A stretch of DNA of 64,000 nucleotides, filler included, from a bacterium (GTDB lineage: Bacteria; UBA9089; CG2-30-40-21; SBAY01), in the NCBI GenBank assembly GCA_040757115.1. It is 9 parts of 9 records of this genome, joined end to end, with 100 filler letters (N's around TTAATTAATTAA, not from the genome) between each part and the next. Parts side by side here need not be neighbours in the genome. Positions count along the whole stretch, not along the records: positions 1 to 5,030 come from JBFLYA010000271.1; positions 5,131 to 10,132 come from JBFLYA010000272.1; 7 more parts are not named here. One strand, given 5' to 3'. The notes under the pieces are model-generated. The model made no database searches. It saw only the letters and a list, made by a program, of their open reading frames with translations, and was not told the DNA's origin. Below, one piece after another: positions 1 to 9,626 of the stretch (position 1 is the first letter of the stretch; each line of letters opens with the position of its first letter). The position numbers and the translations under genes are program-made.

Positions 1-1
1 T

Positions 2-2040
2 CCTCCAAATGGTTCTAATGCTCCTGGAACTGTAGTCCAGTTCAGATGGAATCCTTCCCCCAGAGCAAATAATTATTGGTTACAGGTATCATTAGACAGC
101 GGATTTACTAAACTTGTGTTTGATAAAACTATTGGAAATTATATAGGAGTAAACATAACTGGCTTTCCGGATAATGGCACTCAGTACTGGTGGCGAGTGA
201 AGGCAGGTAATTCATTAGGCTGGAGTTCATGGTCTTCGGAATGGAACTTTACTAATGGACCAAGTAGCCCTCCTGATCCACCCACATTAAGCTCTCCTCC
301 AAATGGTTCTAATGCTCCTGGAACTGTAGTCCAGTTCAGATGGAATCCTTCCCCCAGAGCAAATAATTATTGGTTACAGGTATCATTAGACAGCGGATTT
401 ACTAAACTTGTGTTTGATAAAGCTATTGGAAATTATATAGGAGTAGACATAACTGGTTTTCCGGATAATGGCACTCAGTACTGGTGGCGAGTGAAGGCAG
501 GTAATTCATTAGGCTGGAGTTCATGGTCTTCGGAATGGAACTTTATCAATGGACCAAGCAGCATTCCTGATACACCAACTTTAGGCACTCCTACTAATGG
601 TTCTAACTTCCCTGGTACAAAGGTAGAATTCAGATGGCATGTAGCAGCAAGGGCTAATAACTACCATATTCAGGTATCACTTGATGGTAATTTTACTCAA
701 CTTATCTTTGATAAAGCAATAGGTAATTACATAGGAGTAGACATAACTGGCTTTCCGGATAATGGCACTCAGTACTGGTGGCGAGTGAAGGCAGGTAATA
801 CATTAGGCTGGAGTTCATGGTCTGAAGAATGGAATTTTATCAATGGACCAAGCAGCATACCTGATACACCTACTTTAGGCACTCCTACTAATGGCTCTAA
901 CTTCCCAGGTACAAAGGTAAAGTTCAGATGGCATGTAGCAGATAGGGCAAATAACTACCATATTCAGGTATCATTGGATAGTAATTTTACTCAACTTATC
1001 TTTGATGAGGCAATAGGTAATTACATAGGAGTAGACATAAGCGGGTTTCCAGACAATGGGACTCAGTACTGGTGGCGAGTGAAGGCAGGTAATTCATTAG
1101 GCTGGAGTTCATGGTCTTCGGAATGGAACTTTATCAATGGACCAAGCAGCATTCCTGATACACCTACTTTAGGCACTCCTACTAATGGTTCTAACTTCCC
1201 TGGCACAAAGGTAGAATTCAGATGGCATGTAGCAGCAAGGGCTAATAACTACCATATTCAGGTATCACTGGATAGTAATTTTACTCAACTTATCTTTGAT
1301 AAAGCAATAGGTAATTACATAGGAGTAGACATAACTGGCTTTCCAGATAATGGCACTCAGTACTGGTGGCGAGTGAAGGCAGGTAATACATTAGGCTGGA
1401 GTTCATGGTCTTCGGAATGGAACTTTATCAACGGACCAACTGATAAACCTGATACACCAGAGTTAATTCGACCAGAAGATGGAACTAATATACCTGGTAA
1501 TGTAGTTCAATTTCGCTGGTATCCTGCACCAAGGGCAAATAATTACCATCTACAAGTAGCATTAGACAACGGTTTTACCAAATTTGTATTTGATAAATCT
1601 ATTGGAAATTATATAGGGGTAGATATGTCTGGGTTCTTAGATGACGGCACTCAGTACTGGTGGCGTGTAAAGGCAGGGAATATACTTGGGACAAGCTCCT
1701 GGTCTGCGGAATGGAATTTTATTAATGGGCCGAGTAGCAAACCTGAAATACCAATATTGATCCAGCCAGAAGATGGAGTTAATGTCCCAGGTCAAGTGAT
1801 TCAATTTCGCTGGTATCCTGCACCCAGGGCAAATAATTACCATCTACAAGTAGCATTAGACAACGGTTTTACCAAATTTGTATTTGATAAAGCTATTGGA
1901 AATTATATAGGGGTAGATATGTCTGGGTTCTTAGATGATGGTACTCAATACTGGTGGCGTGTAAAGGCAGGGAATGTACTTGGTACAAGTTCATGGTCTT
2001 GTGAATGGAATTTTATTAATGGATTAAGTAATAAACCCAG
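2..2040 (+). repeat. Intragenic 294-bp tandem repeats (about 7 copies, three subtypes)
   Basis: cctccaaatggttctaat recurs at 2 and 296; actca(g/a)tactggtggcg recurs every 294 bp. Confidence 0.95.
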
Positions 2041-4957
2041 TCCACCTACAGGTGTGATTGCAAAACCAGGTCCGGGTAGTGGACAGATTACTCTTATCTG
2101 GAATGCAAATCCGGAGCCTGAGTTAGATTATTATAGGATTTATTTAGGCACTTCATCTGGTAATTACTTTGGCTATTTTGATAAGGTACCCAAAGAGTGG
2201 CATACAGGAGTTATCATCTCTGGTCTTACAAATGGCACTACTTACTATATCGTAGTAACAGCAGTAAATATAAGTAGTGTTGAAAGTGATTATTCTGAAG
2301 AGGTAAGTGCTACTCCTGAAGAAATAGGTGATTCAGAACCTCCTACCATCCCGGGTAATTTAAACATTAATGATCCAGAAACAGGAGAGGAATTAGAATT
2401 ATCCTGGGATGCATCAACAGATAATGTTGAGGTATCACATTACTTGATTTATCGTCTGACAAATAATTCAGCAGTATCAGAAAGTAATTATGACTATGGC
2501 TTTCCAGTAAGTACTTCTAAAACTAATTATACAGATTATGAGGTAACAGAGGCAAATACATATTATTATAAAGTGTTGGCAGTGGATACCTCAGATAATC
2601 GAAGTGGGTTATCAAATTTAGCCGATGCCTCACCAACTGATACCCTTGCACCAGCCAAACCAACTAATGTAAATACAACTCCAGGAGATACAATCATAGA
2701 CCTGTGGTGGACTGCTCCAACAACTAATACAGATAACTCTGAGTTGACGGATTTAGCAGGATATAATATCTATCGTGGCACTTCTCATGGAAATTATAAC
2801 CCTGAACCAATAAATGGCTTGACATTGATTACCACATTATATTATAATGATACCGGGCTAATAAATGACCAGACATATTATTATATAGTCAAGGCAGTGG
2901 ATGATAGTGATAATGAAGGACCTGCATCAATAGAGGTATCTGAAACACCCGTGGGGACTGATACCCCACCTGCACCACCGTCAGATGTTATGATTACAGA
3001 AAAAGAAAATGAGTTGCTAATAACCTGGGCTCCAAATCATGAATTAGACTTAGCAGGATACAATATCTATCGAGGAACAGAAAGCGGCAATTACTCATCT
3101 ACTCCAATTAATTCATCAATTCTGACTACCGAGTCATATACTGATAGGGATGTAGTTGAAAATCAAACTTATTTTTATGTTGTAAGGGCAGTAGATGAGT
3201 TAGGACATGAAAGTGAAAATAGTGAAGAGGTATCTGGAATGATAGGAGAAGGGGTAATCTGGATTATTAAGCCTACTTCTTCTAATCCAGCAAGATTATG
3301 TTTTAATCAGGAACAGGTAACTACAAAGGGATTACCTACAACAAGTATTCAAGATAAAGAACAAGTTATTATAGAATATCATCTTAGCGAAGATTATTTG
3401 GATTTATATCCATTAAGCATCATTCGATTAGAGATAAAAAATTATTATACAGGTGAACTGGTGTATACTGCCTGGGATTATAAGCCTTTCCCTTCAATAA
3501 CCGATGACCCACATTTTATATGGAATGGTAGAAATAATGATGGTAAGGTAGTACCTAATGGACTATATACTACAACAATTTCTATTTACCTATTTAACAT
3601 TATCAAATGGTCTACTCAGGAGGGAAGAAACATTATTATTAGTACTAAGGTAAGATTAGGTGGGGCAATAAACGGTACTGCAGACCCGGGCTTTTTTGAG
3701 GTCTATGTGCCAACAAAATATGGCGGTGTATTAACTATCTCTGCACCAGGTTGTACAATAGAGATATTTGACCCGAAAGGTAATCCCTTTACTAATGGGA
3801 CAGAGGTTGGAGAAAATAACCATGGGTGGTTTACATTTAAAGTAAGCGGGTCGAAGAATTATACTGTTAGTAATACATTTGTTGAAAAAGGAGAAGCATC
3901 AACAAAACCTTGGAATGGATGGTATTGGCCTTTACTTGATTCAATAGACCCAAATCTTTATGATACAACAGGAGCATATACCCCGTTAAAAGACTATGAT
4001 TCTGTATACCCAGAAGGATGTCCTCGTGCTTTTTACACATCCGAGGCTATAAGTGGTATAAGAGTTTTTGAACCGGTAGAGAGTAATGTTGGAGTTTCCT
4101 CTTTAGAATGGAACAGCATGAAACGAGAGTTGCGTTGGAACAATGGAGCATGGATTGGTCCCTTCATACAAGGATTTTATATAGTCACTTTGCCGGGTAA
4201 TATTCTTAGTCCACTTAAGGTTGAGGTTACATGTAGTAGATTACCTAATATTGACAAGACTGTCAATGTAAAGACCGTTACAGATGGTAAACCTCGTGAT
4301 TGGGAGGCAGCCTACCATAGTGGCGGTCTTGGATGGGAAGGACATTGCTGGGGTTGGGCAATAGCAGCAATAGCTAAGTCTCAACCAGGGCCAACAACTA
4401 AAAATAAGATTTCTTTCAACCAAGATGAAATGGAAGGTTTATATACTGAGTTAGCAGATAGTGCTTCAGAATGGGGAGATTATGTAATAGGAGATTATCC
4501 AGATAATATTATTCCACATAGTGGTTCAGGTTTAGATGCCTGGCCGAAAATTGTTCATGAAGGTTTAAGAAAGTACCTTCGACAAGAGAAAATCCCTCTA
4601 AATTCTAATTTGAGAGGGACCTCAGATCCCGATGAGATATGGAACCATCCTGTATATAAATACGAATCAACTATGGAAGAAGCCACTGGTGGTGACGAGT
4701 TTAAGATAAAAATTACTACAAAGATAACTGCTGGTAAAGATTTTCCTGCTATGCCTCCAGATAATGCTAAGCGAGAGGAGGTATATATATACCAAGTTAA
4801 ATATAAGGAAAATGGTGAAATTGGAACTTCAGATCAAGATTGGATAAGTTGTTCTCATTATGCACCTAAGTGGTTTGGAAAGGTGAATAGTGAAGATGTT
4901 ATTAATTGGCATTCAAATGCAGGTATTACAAAAACTAAAGTGGATGCACTTTATTAA
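2..4957 (+). CDS. Large secreted/surface protein, 5'-partial: >=7 tandem ~98-aa FN3/Ig-like repeats, 4 further FN3 domains, FlgD-Ig-like module and C-terminal transglutaminase-elicitor-like domain
   Basis: Frame is open from base 2 (PPNGSNAPG...). 294-bp repeats with YWWRVKAGN; FN3 motifs (LxW...Y.IYR...YYY.V.AVD); WNGRNNDGKVVPNGLY; C-terminal PWNGWYWP, WEGHCWGWA, WNHPVY motifs. Confidence 0.8.
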   Translation, partial: PPNGSNAPGTVVQFRWNPSPRANNYWLQVSLDSGFTKLVFDKTIGNYIGVNITGFPDNGTQYWWRVKAGNSLGWSSWSSEWNFTNGPSSPPDPPTLSSPPNGSNAPGTVVQFRWNPSPRANNYWLQVSLDSGFTKLVFDKAIGNYIGVDITGFPDNGTQYWWRVKAGNSLGWSSWSSEWNFINGPSSIPDTPTLGTPTNGSNFPGTKVEFRWHVAARANNYHIQVSLDGNFTQLIFDKAIGNYIGVDITGFPDNGTQYWWRVKAGNTLGWSSWSEEWNFINGPSSIPDTPTLGTPTNGSNFPGTKVKFRWHVADRANNYHIQVSLDSNFTQLIFDEAIGNYIGVDISGFPDNGTQYWWRVKAGNSLGWSSWSSEWNFINGPSSIPDTPTLGTPTNGSNFPGTKVEFRWHVAARANNYHIQVSLDSNFTQLIFDKAIGNYIGVDITGFPDNGTQYWWRVKAGNTLGWSSWSSEWNFINGPTDKPDTPELIRPEDGTNIPGNVVQFRWYPAPRANNYHLQVALDNGFTKFVFDKSIGNYIGVDMSGFLDDGTQYWWRVKAGNILGTSSWSAEWNFINGPSSKPEIPILIQPEDGVNVPGQVIQFRWYPAPRANNYHLQVALDNGFTKFVFDKAIGNYIGVDMSGFLDDGTQYWWRVKAGNVLGTSSWSCEWNFINGLSNKPSPPTGVIAKPGPGSGQITLIWNANPEPELDYYRIYLGTSSGNYFGYFDKVPKEWHTGVIISGLTNGTTYYIVVTAVNISSVESDYSEEVSATPEEIGDSEPPTIPGNLNINDPETGEELELSWDASTDNVEVSHYLIYRLTNNSAVSESNYDYGFPVSTSKTNYTDYEVTEANTYYYKVLAVDTSDNRSGLSNLADASPTDTLAPAKPTNVNTTPGDTIIDLWWTAPTTNTDNSELTDLAGYNIYRGTSHGNYNPEPINGLTLITTLYYNDTGLINDQTYYYIVKAVDDSDNEGPASIEVSETPVGTDTPPAPPSDVMITEKENELLITWAPNHELDLAGYNIYRGTESGNYSSTPINSSILTTESYTDRDVVENQTYFYVVRAVDELGHESENSEEVSGMIGEGVIWIIKPTSSNPARLCFNQEQVTTKGLPTTSIQDKEQVIIEYHLSEDYLDLYPLSIIRLEIKNYYTGELVYTAWDYKPFPSITDDPHFIWNGRNNDGKVVPNGLYTTTISIYLFNIIKWSTQEGRNIIISTKVRLGGAINGTADPGFFEVYVPTKYGGVLTISAPGCTIEIFDPKGNPFTNGTEVGENNHGWFTFKVSGSKNYTVSNTFVEKGEASTKPWNGWYWPLLDSIDPNLYDTTGAYTPLKDYDSVYPEGCPRAFYTSEAISGIRVFEPVESNVGVSSLEWNSMKRELRWNNGAWIGPFIQGFYIVTLPGNILSPLKVEVTCSRLPNIDKTVNVKTVTDGKPRDWEAAYHSGGLGWEGHCWGWAIAAIAKSQPGPTTKNKISFNQDEMEGLYTELADSASEWGDYVIGDYPDNIIPHSGSGLDAWPKIVHEGLRKYLRQEKIPLNSNLRGTSDPDEIWNHPVYKYESTMEEATGGDEFKIKITTKITAGKDFPAMPPDNAKREEVYIYQVKYKENGEIGTSDQDWISCSHYAPKWFGKVNSEDVINWHSNAGITKTKVDALY

Positions 4958-4973
4958 AGGAGGTGTGAATCTT

Positions 4974-5030
4974 ATGTGGATATTAAAATTAAAAGGAAGG
5001 AGGTTCATTTTAGCTTTACTTACTGTGTCC
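4974..5030 (+). CDS. N-terminal fragment of a probable secreted protein cut by the contig end
   Basis: AGGAGG RBS, ATG, basic then hydrophobic start MWILKLKGRRFILALLTVS. Confidence 0.5.
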
Positions 5031-5130
5031 NNNNNNNNNNNNNNNNNNNNNNNNNNNNNNNNNNNNNNNNNNNNTTAATTAATTAANNNNNNNNNNNNNN
5101 NNNNNNNNNNNNNNNNNNNNNNNNNNNNNN
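5031..5130. other. Artificial contig linker (also 10133-10232, 15192-15291, 20222-20321, 25112-25211, 29996-30095, 57862-57961, 62720-62819)
   Basis: Identical 100-nt N-TTAATTAATTAA-N blocks giving stops in all six frames. Confidence 0.98.
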
Positions 5131-5250
5131 CCACAATCAATTTCTACCTATTTCTATAAATTTCAATCTATTTCTATTATCTTATCTCCATATCACTCTT
5201 ATCTCCTTATCCCCTTTCTTACACTTTTGATATATAGCCTGAACGGTTAC
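5131..5250. mobile_element. Right part of IS66-ended MITE (near-identical copy at 30182-30302; other arm at 15292-15415)
   Basis: Ends in CCTGAACGGTTAC; ~120 bp near-identical to 30182-30302. Confidence 0.8.
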
Positions 5251-5258
5251 AAAAATAA

Positions 5259-5447
5259 GGAGAAAGGGAGAAAATGGAGAAGTGGAGAAAAGAGTGAATA
5301 AAGAAATAGGGTTACTGGTAAATTTCGCAGACTCCAGGATTGATGTCCGAAGGGTGGAGCAAGAAAAAGTTTGAGCCATTTCTCCAATTCTCCCTTTTCC
5401 CCATTTCTCCTTGTTTACACTTCTAATGTATAGCCCTGAACGATTAC
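5259..5447 (+). pseudogene. GxxExxY-family gene remnant (C-terminus only) between inverted GGAGAA/TTCTCC arms, followed by an IS66-type end
   Basis: Translates KEIGLLVNFADSRIDVRRVEQEKV*; flanking arms are reverse complements; CCTGAACGATTAC at 5435-5447. Confidence 0.6.
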
Positions 5448-5454
5448 CTTTTCT

Positions 5455-8418
5455 CTATCCCAGATTATGCTCAACTATTCTACCATTATCCATCTTTATA
5501 TAATAATTAAACATAGATGAGGCAAGTAATTGGGAATGGCTAATGACAAATATCTGGTCAAATGTTTGCATTATCTCTCCCTGAGTCAGAAGGTAAATTA
5601 GTGCCTGAGCACGCTCTACATCAAACGAACTTAATGGTTCATCTAAAAATATAAATGACGGGGCAATTCCTTTTTCTTGCGGTAAAGTAGCAATGGCAAA
5701 AGCCATCCGTAAGGCTAATGAGAATTGGTCTTTTGTTCCACCACTAAAAATATTCTTTGCACACCAACGCATTGCCCGTTCGTCCCAAACCTTAATTTTA
5801 TAATCCTCCGTAATATCTGCATCGTGATACCTATCACAGGTAAGTAAAGGTAGTATCTTTTGCATATTTCGGATAGTATTGGGCAATACCCTGGCGACTA
5901 TATTGTTTCTTGCCGTAGTCAAGATTTGTTCAGCTAAAGTCCGTATTTTAAGACTATTGCTTAAATCCTGTATCTCTTTTTCACATTGAGTAACTTCTAA
6001 CCTGACATTTTCAAGATGTAATTCTCTGGCTAACTTTTCTACATGGGTTCTAATGTAACCGATTTTAGCCTCTATATCCTCTTTTTCTTTAATCAGCGTT
6101 GGCTCATACTGAACTTGCAGACGGCTATATTTAAACGCCTTTTTAATCTGGTTTGGGAAATTTTGCATTTCGTTTTCTAATTCAGTTTGAGTTTTTTGCC
6201 TTAAGTTAATTTCCCCGCGATAAGCATCTATCTGACTTTGAAGGGTCTTAAATTCTTGAAGTGTTTTTTCTTCTTGAATTTCATTAATCTCTGCTATAAC
6301 CTTGTTTTTTAGACGAGGATAGTCTCTTAAACTTAAATCTCTTGAAATCTGTAGAGTTGATGTATAAATTGTGTTTATTTCATCTTTAAGTTTTGTCACA
6401 ATCTCCTGGTGTTGGCTAATTTTTTCCAAAAACTGCTCTTTTTTACTCACATCTTGTAAATCCCTTTTTACCTCAGTTAATAATTGATTATATTCTGCCA
6501 ATAATTTCTCACGGTCTAAAATTACTCCTAAATTCTTTGCTTTTTGGTGTAATTTAGGTTTGAATTTATCAATTATTTTACTCAGTTTATCCTTGCGGAT
6601 GATAGATTTTTCTTTATCCTTTAATTTTTCTTCTTCATTGAGTTTATTCAGTTCTTGTTTGTAATTTTCAAGCACATTTTTTGATAACGAAACAGCACTT
6701 TCCTGTCCAGCAATATCTTTAGTTATTTTAGAATAATCTTCTTTTACTTGTTGAATATCAAACCCTTTCAGATTTTCTGATAAATCATTGATTAAGGCAT
6801 CCGCCTGAGTAATATCTTCTGGTATGGATAAGTTTAATTTAAGCAATTTATTTTCATATTCAATCAATTTTGTCTCATCCTGTTCGTTTTTATCTCTGGT
6901 GCTTTGCCTTTGTCCATCTAATCGCAAAATCTCATCTTCTAACTCTCGTATCGTCAGGGATAGTCGATAAATAATCTTCTTCTGATTTTTAATATTGATA
7001 AATCCTGAAAATAAAGCCGCCAGGGTAATTACCACCATAATTATTCCCATTGCCAATAATCCATTTATCAAACTAATAATTAATGAAATGATACTGACTA
7101 TATTTATGCCGATAGAGGTAAAGAGTGTTTTTTTATAGCGGTGGTCTGCATTAGTTTTTTCTTGTTGTTTTATATCCTTTTGGGAATTTATTTCCTTTTC
7201 CTTCTGGTTAATTATTTCAAGGGCATAAAGGGTATATTTGGCTCGACGCCAATTTTCTAATGCCTCTTTTTCATTTATTGATTTTAGTTGTTGGGCAAGG
7301 GTCTTTTCTTTTTCCAGACTTAAATTCAACTTTTCCTGTTTTTGTATAAATTTTGTTTCCTCAAGGTTAATTGTCCCCTTTAATTTTTTAATCTGCTCTA
7401 ATTCCTTATCAAGGGAAATACCTTTTTCCTTCTCAAATTTATGCAGGTCCTCTAATTTATTAATTCGGGCAAGCCTTTTACTTAAACAAAGAATTTCATT
7501 CGTCAATTTTTTTCTAACCGGGACTTTTTCGTTTAATGCCTCTAAATCCTGAACTTGCTTTTTAAGATTATTGATTTCAGCCTCTTGTTCTTTAATCTGA
7601 GTTAAATTAGAGATAAGTTTTTCAAGATGGTTTTGTGTTTTTTTTAGTTCCCCTACCCTATTTATTTTCTTTTCTAACTCTATTTTTTGAGGCTCAATAA
7701 GTTTAATAGATTTGAATAACCTTTTTATATTGGTGGTCTCTTCATTAATTTTTTGTTTAAGTCTAATCAGGTTAATGATTTGGAGTTTAATATCTATTCT
7801 TTTCTTTGCCTCCAGAGTTTTATGTAGTTCAATCTGTTTTAATTTTGCCAGTTCTAATTTTTGGAGTTTATATTGGAGGTCTTTTTCTTCATCGCGTCGG
7901 ACCTTAAATCTTTGCTCTAATTCTAATAGTCGGTCAAGATTGAGTAATTTCATTAATGACTTTTCGCGTTGTGATTTATCAAGTCCTTCTAATTTATCCA
8001 GTTTTTTTTGCTCGACAAAACAGCTGTTTAGCAAAGCATCTCCATCTAAACCTAATTCTAACATCAATCGTTCATTCACGGGTATATTTTTAGTGATCAC
8101 CTCATCACCAATGTTTAGTTTCCACTGATTAGGGGAATTTAGATTAAGGATTCTATCAATGGTTAATATTCTATCTCGGATTTCTACCTGCAGTTGGATA
8201 TATGCGGATTTAGAATGGTAATTAATTAATTCCACAAGGCTTCTTCGCTCGCTAACCAATGCTTCACCAAATAAACCAAAATAAATCGCCTCAAATAAAG
8301 TGCTTTTACCCGATTCATTCAATCCTTCAATAAGAAAGCTACCTCGTTGCGGAAAGGTAATCTCAATATCTTTTAATTGTTTAAAATTATCTGCAATTAA
8401 TTTTTTAATTTTTATCAT
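5455..8418 (-). CDS. SMC/SbcC(Rad50)-like ABC ATPase with long coiled coil and central transmembrane hairpin
   Basis: Walker A GLNESGKS, Q-loop FVEQ, signature FSGG, Walker B IFLDE, H-loop ISH; hydrophobic stretch IGINIVSIISLIISLINGLLAMGIIMVVITLAALF. Confidence 0.88.
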   Translation of the reverse strand: MIKIKKLIADNFKQLKDIEITFPQRGSFLIEGLNESGKSTLFEAIYFGLFGEALVSERRSLVELINYHSKSAYIQLQVEIRDRILTIDRILNLNSPNQWKLNIGDEVITKNIPVNERLMLELGLDGDALLNSCFVEQKKLDKLEGLDKSQREKSLMKLLNLDRLLELEQRFKVRRDEEKDLQYKLQKLELAKLKQIELHKTLEAKKRIDIKLQIINLIRLKQKINEETTNIKRLFKSIKLIEPQKIELEKKINRVGELKKTQNHLEKLISNLTQIKEQEAEINNLKKQVQDLEALNEKVPVRKKLTNEILCLSKRLARINKLEDLHKFEKEKGISLDKELEQIKKLKGTINLEETKFIQKQEKLNLSLEKEKTLAQQLKSINEKEALENWRRAKYTLYALEIINQKEKEINSQKDIKQQEKTNADHRYKKTLFTSIGINIVSIISLIISLINGLLAMGIIMVVITLAALFSGFINIKNQKKIIYRLSLTIRELEDEILRLDGQRQSTRDKNEQDETKLIEYENKLLKLNLSIPEDITQADALINDLSENLKGFDIQQVKEDYSKITKDIAGQESAVSLSKNVLENYKQELNKLNEEEKLKDKEKSIIRKDKLSKIIDKFKPKLHQKAKNLGVILDREKLLAEYNQLLTEVKRDLQDVSKKEQFLEKISQHQEIVTKLKDEINTIYTSTLQISRDLSLRDYPRLKNKVIAEINEIQEEKTLQEFKTLQSQIDAYRGEINLRQKTQTELENEMQNFPNQIKKAFKYSRLQVQYEPTLIKEKEDIEAKIGYIRTHVEKLARELHLENVRLEVTQCEKEIQDLSNSLKIRTLAEQILTTARNNIVARVLPNTIRNMQKILPLLTCDRYHDADITEDYKIKVWDERAMRWCAKNIFSGGTKDQFSLALRMAFAIATLPQEKGIAPSFIFLDEPLSSFDVERAQALIYLLTQGEIMQTFDQIFVISHSQLLASSMFNYYIKMDNGRIVEHNLG

Positions 8419-9284
8419 AATTTTGCCAGTTTTTTTCCTAATTTAACTGCGTCTTCTTTTTTTCCTTCAATTTGGGCACGGTTAATCTTTTGGTTATCCG
8501 GGGAAACAATTACGCTCTTAAGTTTTAAAATATCACCTTCTATACACCCTAATATTCCTATTGGGATTTGGCAGCCACCACCTAATTCTTTAAGGAAAGC
8601 CCTTTCAGCTATTACCGCCAGGGAGCTCTCTTCATCATTTAAATTACTTACTATTTCTTTTATTTCTGTGTCATTTTTGCGTATCTCTATGCCTAAGGAA
8701 CCCTGTCCAGCCGCAGGTAAAATAATATCGGTGGATAAAAATTGGGTGATTTTGGAATGAAGGTTTGTCCGAATACAGCCGGCGGCGGCGACAACTATTG
8801 CATCTACAGAGTTTAATTTTTTTATTCTTGTATCTAAATTACCTCGTAAATCGACAATCTCTAAATCCTGACGATAATAAATAAGTTGTGCCTTTCTTCT
8901 TGGACTACTTGTGCCAATTACTGTTCCGGCTGGAAGCTCTTCTAATCGTTTATTATCATTAGAGATTAAAACATCTCTTGGGTCAAGCCGTTTAGTAATT
9001 GCCCCAATCATTAAGCTTGAAGGCAAATCAACAGGCACATCTTTCATCGAATGCACTGCCAGGTCAATTGCTCCTCTTAATAAAGCCTCTTCTAATTCCT
9101 TAATAAATAATCCCTTCCCCCCAACTTTAGACAATGGCACATCCGTTATTTTATCGCCTTTTGTCTTGATAATTTTAATACCTGTTTGGATTTGTGGGCA
9201 TAATTTTTTAAGTTGTGTTACTATTTCCTTTGTCTGGGCTAATGCTAATGAACTACCTCTGGTGCCAATAATTATTTTTTTCAT
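8415..9284 (-). CDS. hemC: Hydroxymethylbilane synthase (porphobilinogen deaminase)
   Basis: IGTRGSSLALAQ, GGKGLFIKELE, AVHSMKDVP, LRGNLDTR, LGGGCQIP; start reassigned to ATG at 9284. Confidence 0.97.
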   Translation of the reverse strand: MKKIIIGTRGSSLALAQTKEIVTQLKKLCPQIQTGIKIIKTKGDKITDVPLSKVGGKGLFIKELEEALLRGAIDLAVHSMKDVPVDLPSSLMIGAITKRLDPRDVLISNDNKRLEELPAGTVIGTSSPRRKAQLIYYRQDLEIVDLRGNLDTRIKKLNSVDAIVVAAAGCIRTNLHSKITQFLSTDIILPAAGQGSLGIEIRKNDTEIKEIVSNLNDEESSLAVIAERAFLKELGGGCQIPIGILGCIEGDILKLKSVIVSPDNQKINRAQIEGKKEDAVKLGKKLAKL

Positions 9285-9392
9285 CTTATTTAGTTGTAGT
9301 TGAACAAGGAAACAAAAGAAAATAAAGTGCTGGAGGGATGGAGTAATAGATTTAAAATCACCACTCCACCCCTCCAATGCTCCCTATTCTTC

Positions 9393-9626
9393 GTAACCGT
9401 TCAGGTAATCCTTTACCGCAGAGACGCAGAGAAACAGAGAGGAAAATATTTTTTTTCGCGTTTTTCGGTGTTTAAAAAGGCTCAAAAACAGTTAGTCAAA
9501 AGTGTATTAAAAGATTAATAAACAACGAAAGACCCGAAATGCACAAAAAAAAGAAAATTTCTATCTCTGGTGAATAGATTTTAATTTTTTTCTCTGCGTC
9601 TCTGTGTCTCTGCGGTGAACGGTTAC
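9393..9626. mobile_element. Complete 234-bp IS66-ended MITE with 8-bp target site duplication
   Basis: GTAACCGTTCA...TGAACGGTTAC; TATTCTTC on both sides (9385-9392 and 9627-9634); internal CCGCAGAGACGCAGAG inverted arms. Confidence 0.9.

Noticed and set aside
2-2040. Diversity-generating retroelement TR/VR pair (also considered for the nuoM and MshEN duplicates)
   Set aside because: No reverse transcriptase in the window and the differences are not adenine-specific
5075-5086. Recurring TTAATTAATTAA palindrome
   Set aside because: Artificial linker inside N-runs; adjacency across these joins has no biological meaning
7238-8128. Antisense and overlapping short ORFs from the ORF track (also within hdrA, leuS, tRNAs and MITEs)
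   Set aside because: Shadows of real genes or repeats with no recognisable motifs or RBS
9393-9626. GTAAC...GTTAC elements as attC sites
   Set aside because: They lack the GTTRRRY and L-box pattern; they match the IS66 TIR and one has an 8-bp TSD
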